The notes beneath the pieces are model-generated. The model saw nothing but the letters and a program-made list of their open reading frames with translations. It was not told the DNA's origin and searched no databases. DNA of 42,366 nucleotides. It comes from Candidatus Thorarchaeota archaeon (lineage in GTDB: Archaea; Asgardarchaeota; Thorarchaeia; Thorarchaeales; Thorarchaeaceae). The position numbers and the translations under genes were made by a program. Position 1 is the first letter of the stretch. Each line of letters opens with the position of its first letter. This document shows, one piece after another, positions 27,309-35,100 of the stretch. The stretch is from NCBI GenBank assembly GCA_048882385.1, contig JBHLRQ010000017.1, positions 1 to 42,366 on the forward strand. Direction: 5' to 3'.

Positions 27309-27854
27309 CTAGTATCTGCGACGATTGTCACGGTTGCCATAGCCACCGCCACCACGACGATCTCTGCTTCCGCCACCGTAGCCGCCGCTGTAACCACCGC
27401 TGCGGCCATATGAACGACCGCCACCACCACCGCCATAAGAACGACCACCGCCACCATAGCTACCTCTACGACGATCATCTTCGTGTTCCTCAGCGCTCAT
27501 GTCAACCTCTTGATTGACTTCTTCAATCTCATCATCAGCCTCGGATACTTCTCCGTATTTTCCGATGTTGAGTCGAAGATTACCTCGGAATAGTCCGGTG
27601 TAACCGTTCTTCAGAGTGTAGGTTGTTCCAGCTTCAATGTCATCGATGGAAGAGTCCCACAATGGAACTTGAACAGTACCTGTCGAATCACCGACTGTTG
27701 CATCTGCAACACGATGAGTGGCTCCATCACTTCGTGATGAAACTTCACGTTCTTCGCCTGTAGCAACCACCTTGAAGGTAATTGTTACATTTTTCATTCG
27801 TGGCTTCAATTCAGCCACTGTAGCCTCAATAGGCTCACTTTCTTGATAACTCAT
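27309..27854 (-). CDS. ssb: Single OB-fold SSB-like protein with Gly/Arg/Tyr-rich tail, copy 2
   Basis: Start moved to the ATG at 27854 (MSYQESEPIEATVAELKP), matching copy 1. Near-identical OB fold, divergent low-complexity tail. Confidence 0.85.
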   Translation of the reverse strand: MSYQESEPIEATVAELKPRMKNVTITFKVVATGEEREVSSRSDGATHRVADATVGDSTGTVQVPLWDSSIDDIEAGTTYTLKNGYTGLFRGNLRLNIGKYGEVSEADDEIEEVNQEVDMSAEEHEDDRRRGSYGGGGRSYGGGGGGRSYGRSGGYSGGYGGGSRDRRGGGGYGNRDNRRRY

Positions 27855-28030
27855 GGTATATTCTCTCGCTTGTGCGATTAACAGGTCAAGCAAAAACAGG
27901 GTGTTCTTCAGTGGGCATGTGTGTAATCGTATTGACCCCTCACCGGGCCACATCTCGAAATCGCCTTGGAATTGATATTCCTGTGTGTGTTCGCTGCGAG
28001 AGTTACCTTAAGAACTTGTGTACAGTGGCT
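27855..28030 (-). promoter_or_regulatory. Conserved promoter plus long 5' leader of SSB copy 2
   Basis: Aligns to 27049-27221 (GGGTGTTCTTCA, TATATTCTCTCGCT, TCTCGAA and CTTAAGAACTTGTGTACAGTGGCT blocks). Confidence 0.6.
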
Positions 28031-28103
28031 TTTTCATTTTAGAATCTTCACTATTGTTCCGTAATAGATAATAAAGCCAGAATACATCTGTTTCAAGAAT
28101 AAA

Positions 28104-29087
28104 GTGAATGACAAACACAAGATGCTTGCAGGAGCCCTAACAATAGTGGTTATTCTAGTTGTTACATTCATTGTTATAGCTCCTCCACTAGAACCAACAG
28201 TCGTTTCTTCAGAGTTTCCAGATTTCATCACGAAAAATGATGACTACTTTATAACACGTATTGGATCTGTTCCAAGTATAGACCGGGAAACCTATCGGCT
28301 TGAGATAACAGGACTAGTTGATAATCCTACGAACTTCTCCTTGCAAGAATTACAGTTAATGAATCTGACTGAATTACCCCTCACCGTTGAGTGTATTGGT
28401 AATCCAGCAAATGGACCCTTGGTAGGAACTGCAGTGTGGAAGGGTTTCATTGTCCTTGAGCTGCTAGAATCATTGGGCATCTCCGAGAATGCTACTGGAG
28501 TCAAATATCGTGCTGCAGATGGTTACTATGCTTCTCATACCTTGTCACAACTAGAGAATAACGGAGTCCTTGGAGCTCTCTACATGAATGGAGTTGAAAT
28601 TCCACCTGTGCATGGTTTTCCTCTTCGAATCTTAAATCCTGGATACTATGGTGTCAAACAACCAGCTTGGGTAACTGAAATTACAGTAATTGATACTCCC
28701 CTTCAAGATTATTGGCAGGATCGTGGATGGGATACTTCACCACCAATGGAAATTGACACCAAGGTATTCTTCCCTGCTAATAATTTTGTAATCAATATGA
28801 GCCAAATTCTTAGTGTGGGAGGATGTGCATTTGGAGGAACTCGTGTCAAGCTTGTGGAATACACAATTGATGATGGAGAAACCTGGAACAATGCAACAAT
28901 CGTTCAACAGATTGATGCTGACAATGTCTGGGTATTCTGGCAGGCTAATGTTAGTTTTCCTGTAATAGGTCAGTTTGTTATTCAGATAAGAGCGACTGAT
29001 ATTCACAACCATGCACAGAGTCAATATGATATCGATGCTCTTGATGGAACCAGTCTATGGTCCCGACTAAATATCAACGTGATATGA
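28104..29087 (+). CDS. Molybdopterin-dependent oxidoreductase, sulfite oxidase family, with N-terminal TM anchor and C-terminal Ig-like dimerisation domain
   Basis: YRLEITGLVDNP, TVECIGN (Mo-ligand Cys), GTAVWKG, ADGY, HGFPLRILNPGYYGVKQPAW, and C-terminal VEYTIDDGETW...IRATD. Confidence 0.9.
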   Translation: MNDKHKMLAGALTIVVILVVTFIVIAPPLEPTVVSSEFPDFITKNDDYFITRIGSVPSIDRETYRLEITGLVDNPTNFSLQELQLMNLTELPLTVECIGNPANGPLVGTAVWKGFIVLELLESLGISENATGVKYRAADGYYASHTLSQLENNGVLGALYMNGVEIPPVHGFPLRILNPGYYGVKQPAWVTEITVIDTPLQDYWQDRGWDTSPPMEIDTKVFFPANNFVINMSQILSVGGCAFGGTRVKLVEYTIDDGETWNNATIVQQIDADNVWVFWQANVSFPVIGQFVIQIRATDIHNHAQSQYDIDALDGTSLWSRLNINVI

Positions 29088-29113
29088 TTGGACCTCATTC
29101 CGAGTCTTCTCAT

Positions 29114-32100
29114 CTAGCGATATTTTTTCTTGCAATGACTGAAGCTATACCAGTGCCAACATTTCTTATGCCACCAGTGAGGACGCCAACCTTTTGTTGC
29201 ATCATAGATTTGACCATCGTCTACAGGCATAACAAAAGCACATCTCTTCTTATGATGCGGCACATATACGAATACAGAGCCGATTGTTTCACCACCTCTA
29301 CCATCTGCCGCGAGGAAAGTTATCTCATAGACCCTACCATTGCCACATCCAGACCTCTCTGCTCTCAACCAAGCGATGTTTGACCCAACACCATATGCAT
29401 CGGGGCACCATCCCACAAACTCATCACTTGTGATGTTCAATATTGTAATGAGCACGTCATCGCCATCTGGATCTGATACTCCCTCTATCCATATTGGCAC
29501 AAATTTCCCATTTGGAGGCCACAAGAACTCAATGCTTGGAGTTGCAAGTGTAACATTTGGTGGCCTGTTATATGGTTCAGCTCCAGCTCCAAATAGAGAG
29601 AGATGTTTTACGTAAGCCCAAACATATCCAGCATATCCTTGACCGTAAAGCACCACATCTGTGGTGTTAACACCACACTCCAACACCCAATCCAAGTCTT
29701 CAGTAAGCTTCGTCCACATTCCTGTTGATTCATCGAAGCAATAGAGCCCGATGGTAGATTCATCTAGATCATCGATATCATTTGCCAGTCCATCGCCTGT
29801 TCTATCGAGACAAGCAAGCTTGTAGTAAAGTTTGATCAACGTGACGTTTATCATGTCTGGTGTTCCATCTTCCAAAACCAAGTCTGTATCAAGATAGGTT
29901 CCAAGTGAAAATTCGTATTGCATGAGCCCAGTTGTACTATTCAGACTGTGAGGAGTTGACTGCTCATCGAATCTAGTAATGGTCATGATTGGTGTGACAG
30001 ATTGATCTAGTGAAACATAGATGATAGAATCTGTGCGCTTTAGAGTATCGATGTCATTTACGAGGAAATAGATACTATATTCGCCATTTGCATACTCAAA
30101 CGCAGGAATAGTCTTGTACTCTAGGAACACTGAATCAGGAGATACCGTTACATTCTTTCTATTGAAGATATTAATCACTCTAAAGACATCTTTTGCCTTG
30201 GCTTCTGAAAGCATGATTATCGTTTGTGTTTCGTTCCAGACTCCATATCTGACTACATAGTCAAGTTCAGGAGTAGCTAGTCTTTCTACAGTATCTCCGC
30301 AGTCGACAAGAAGGTCAGCTATCAGAGAACCAACAGTACCTTGTGAGTCGTATGGATTTCCAATCAGAACCATCCGGCTAAAGTTTCTATAGTTAGCAAA
30401 GAACTCCTCAACCGTGACGTTGGACACAACCATGTGGTCAGAGAGCAAACCTGCAAACTGCAGAGATCCGGGATTCCCATCATGCACAACGACAACTTCA
30501 GCCTCAGCTAATGCTGCACCAACGCTTTCAGGATTACTATAGTTGCTCAGAGGACTCGTTCCGAAATCCAACTCAATGCCATCAGGACTCCCGTCACTAT
30601 CTGTGTCATTTGATAGAGGGTTCATCATCATGAGAACCTCTAATCCATCAGTTACATTATCGTCGTCAGAGTCCTCATCCATCGGATTTGTTCCAATACG
30701 GACCTCAGCAAAATCCAGCAACAAATCCCCATCTGAGTCATTGCTCCAAGGATCTGTACCTAGATCAAACTCGGTTCCATCAAAGATGAAATCTCCATCT
30801 GAGTCTGGTGACAATGGGTCGGAACCCGCATCATACTCCTCTTTGTCACTTGCACCATCTCCATCCGTATCATTATTTCGCGGGTCCGTTCCAAGTTGCA
30901 GCTCCAATGGATCCAATAGTTGGTCATTGTCTGCATCTGGGCTCAATGGATCACTTCCAAAGTTGAGCTCAGTCCCATCATCTAATGTATCTAGATCTGA
31001 GTCATAGTGAATGATGTTCAGCCCAAGGCGGAGCTCGTCTGGATCCAAAACACCATCCTCATCAGAATCAACGCTCTGGGGATTGGAACCTAGCAGCCAC
31101 TCGTCATAATCTGAGATGGTATCAAAATCACTATCAGTTAGATAGATGGAGCTATTCACGTGGACATCTGTCCCATGCGCTGTTGTGATTGTGATGGTCC
31201 AACCATTGGACTCGGTAGTATCTGTCAATGAGTCTTGGTCCCAATCTGTGACGTCATCCTCGAGGTCAGGTCTCATGATGATCAGGGTTTCATTGAACTT
31301 GATGACATGAGTTGAATTAGCTACATAGATGATGCCCTCATCATCGACATCTATTGCTAATGGATTACCTACCTCAAGAGATGCCTGCCAGATGAGTTCG
31401 TCATTAAACTTCAAAATACGATTGTTTCCAGTGTCAGCGACATAGATGTTCCCATCCGCATCCACTGCAACATCTGCAGGTCCATTGAGTGGTGTACCAT
31501 CAGCTGAATATATTGGAGGTAAACCATCTGCAATCACGCCGCCAGAATCAAATATGTACACTTTGTTAGCAGGGTTATCAGCAACATAGATGAGACCATA
31601 TGAACCAACATCAATACCTTGTGCCCCCTCCAACTCAGCCCAACCGAAACTATCCCGAAGATATCGAAAAGTAGAATCATATTTTCGAATGCTAGACATT
31701 CCCATATAGTCAAATGAGAGATAGACAGAGCCTTGATTATCAGCAGCCATTCCTTTGATTGGACTACTATATGATAATCCATAATCGACTATGTTTTGCG
31801 AGTAGATAGGTGTCCCACTGGGGGTTGCTTTAGTGATACGCTGCCACGGTGCACCAGAATTGTATTCTGCTATAAACTCAATTGTGATATGATTTCCGGA
31901 AGAAGGAATGAAATAACTCCCACTACCACTCCATACGATTTCTCCATTGCTACTGATCTCTAGTACCTGCCCGAAACGATTACCTAGATTATTATCAGGA
32001 TTCACAATAGGACAAGGATTCAAGATCCTAGATAGCAACTTCCAAGAGCTACCGATTTTCTCAAAGACAAATACAGCTCCCATATTTGAATCGAATCCAG

Positions 32101-35100
32101 GAGCACCCACTGCAACAGTATTCCCAGAGTTGTCTATGGCAACTGAATATCCGAACTCGGAATTATCCGGTAGGCCAGGAACCTCCAAAGGAGTTTCCCA
32201 CCAAGTACCACCACCATACTCGTAGATATACGCATATCCAGGTGCTGAGTCTACTCGTTCATTGAATCTTACTGCATGTTCATGGTAAGGTGCACCTACA
32301 ATGTATGTATCCGAACCAGGTATATAATCGATTGAAAATCCAAACTCGTCATAGGCCATTTGACCTGGACCGATTGGAGGGCGCTCTATTGTCCAACCTT
32401 CATAATAATCTGGCCAATAATATGGATAACTATAGGAATCAAGGAGGGAACCGTCTGGATTGTTGTAGTGCCATTTGTAGTTCCACCTTAGATCATATAC
32501 GCGTACGATGCCCTTATGAGCTGCTGAGTTCTGATGAGCAGTATCATCGTAGTTGTATGCGCTGACAGACAGACGTATTGTGTTCATATAATCTATTTTT
32601 GGTCCGGTATCAACTCTCATAGAAAGTATCCACCGTCCTTTTAGTTCAGGATCGGGAAGTATTCCATAATTGGGATTCTGAGGGAAACGATTTGCACCAC
32701 CAATCCAAGCATGTGGTTCGAATTTGTTGTCGTAATCTTGCCACAACCACTCAATGATGGAAGAACAGGTGTCACCCTCTGTATCCCAGTATCGAAGGGT
32801 AGCAAAAATCCTGTACTCATTGTAACTGCGACTCGGTAGATCATGATGTCGCTCATCAATCGCAACACAACATCCCATTATACCATATTTTGATGGGCCG
32901 CCAAGATTACCAACTCGTGTCCATCCCGCCATTCCTCGTTGGAAGACGAATACAGCACCTGTTTGCGTGGGGGTATGATCGAAGTCCTGAAGACCCCACC
33001 AGAAGGGATATTGGCTTGATGGGTAGTATGACATCGTGGGTGCCCCAACAACAATAATATTTCCACTTGGGGAAATCGCTACTGAATAACCAAACATAGG
33101 CCAACCTGCTTCACCATTTGGATCTACATTTATGCCACAATCGATGTATGTTTGGTAATCCCAGTGTCGCCCATTTTTCACAAAGATCTGTGCAATATTG
33201 CGCCAAGGATCACCTATCACCATTGTCGCACCAGCAGCATCTATGGCAACTGAAGGAATACCGTTCCGAATTCTATTTTCCGGCGTATTCATGTTTGATG
33301 TAGAATATGGAGTAAACGAGTATGAATCCTGATTTGAAGTCCACTGCGTAATTCCAAGATTACCATCTGGTAAAGTAGTTTCAGCACAGGGTACAACAGA
33401 TTCTGTACTTGGATTATAGATTCCAACCGGTGTTCCGTCTGAAGCATATTTTATAATTTGATTTGAATCTGCGACATATATATTCCCAGTCTCATCAACA
33501 GTAATGTCAAATGGATCAGAAGATGAGCTAAGACCAACAGCCCACTCTTCTTCGAACTCAATGTAACTAGCAGGACCCTCTACATCTATGACCCCATCAC
33601 CATTTGTATCTTGGGAACAAGGATTCAAGCCATCTCGTCGCTCAATGAAATCACCAACACCATCGGAGTCTGAATCATTCATTCTTGGGCTAGAGTGTGC
33701 AATTATTGTGAAAGGCAAGAGTGGGTCGTTCAGGTAATTGAACTGAATTGTATCACCAGAAATTTCCAAGTAGTCGCGGACGCCATCGAAATCTGAATCA
33801 GGATTTGTGAAATTTGTGTGATAGACAAGCTCGTATTTGTCGTTCAAACCGTCCATGTCAGAATCGGCTAGAAGAGGATTAGAACCGATTTCCAGTTCGA
33901 ATTTGTCACTGAGTGAGTCTCCATCAGAGTCAAATTTTACAAAATCTGTTACGGTTTCCTCGGAGTTTAGAAGTCCATCACAATCGAGATCGAGAGGAGT
34001 AATGAGTCGCCAAGCAGCAAATGATTCAATAGTGTCAGGAAGAACATCGATGTAAATAGTAAAGCTGCCTACATCATCATACGACTCTTGGTGACTATGA
34101 TGAGTAATTGGGACGCAGAATAGCCAGTATGTCCACTCGTAGTAGAGTTGCGTAAATGTCTGCACTCTGATGTTCATTGGAAAATTAGGCATAGCAGTAT
34201 TTGGTATGGCCCATACACCAGAATCATATTCTACACTACTGTAGTATAACATTGCTCCAGTTGAAGCATCAGACCAGTCTGCAGTCTGTCTGCTACTTGG
34301 AATTGGCAGATAGACGTTCTCCCAATTGTAAATGATGCCTGCTACGAAGATTGGATCGTAGAGCAGGCCTACATCTGAAGATGAACCAAGAGGAGTTTCG
34401 ATGAGATAGTATGGATAGACATCACTCTTTTCAACATCACCTTGATGCTTGCCATACCAGAGCCCACGGAGAATTCCTCTGAAAGTTAATCTATCACCCA
34501 CAGTCACTCCGTTGTTCGTCCAATCATCGATAATAAGTTCTTGATCTTCATCATATTCAAGGAGTGGATAGACCTGCGAATCAACTGAAGAGATAGCATC
34601 AATGATTTCATCAAATAGCATACCAATTAGGTCGGATAGAGTGGTAGTTCCACACCACCCAAGTATAATATCGATAATAGAAAAGATAGCAACAAAAGCT
34701 GCACCATACGGATTTTGAGAGATAGCTATCAACATCAAGTCTTTGATGTATCCCATGAGTGTCTTGAATAAAGCTTGAGTGAGCTGAAGGGGATTCAATC
34801 CGCCCTGTGTAATTGCAATGACTCCATAGATGGTCACCCCCACGTCTATAGCTATCGCAGCAATATCGAAAATACCACCTATACTCTTCCAAGTCTTCAT
34901 CAAGCTGGTTTTTGCTTTTCCAATTGATTTGAACGCAAGTTTCCATTCCTTAAAGACACTCGTGGCTGCTTGCTTTCCCTGAATGGAGACCCTCCAACCT
35001 GCTTTTATCATGCTATGAAAACTTTCAACGGATCGCTGTGCTATCCTATAAGCTTCAATTGATCTGACCAGACCCTTACGAATCAAAGTAAATACTGAGA

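Noticed and set aside
27855-27953. 33-aa N-terminal extension of SSB copy 2
   Set aside because: Absent in copy 1, where the aligned region has indels. Better explained as a non-coding leader.
30543-31007. 154-aa Ser-rich plus-strand ORF and other short ORFs nested in the two giant genes
   Set aside because: These are antisense or alternate-frame shadows of Asp-rich repeats and long coding regions.
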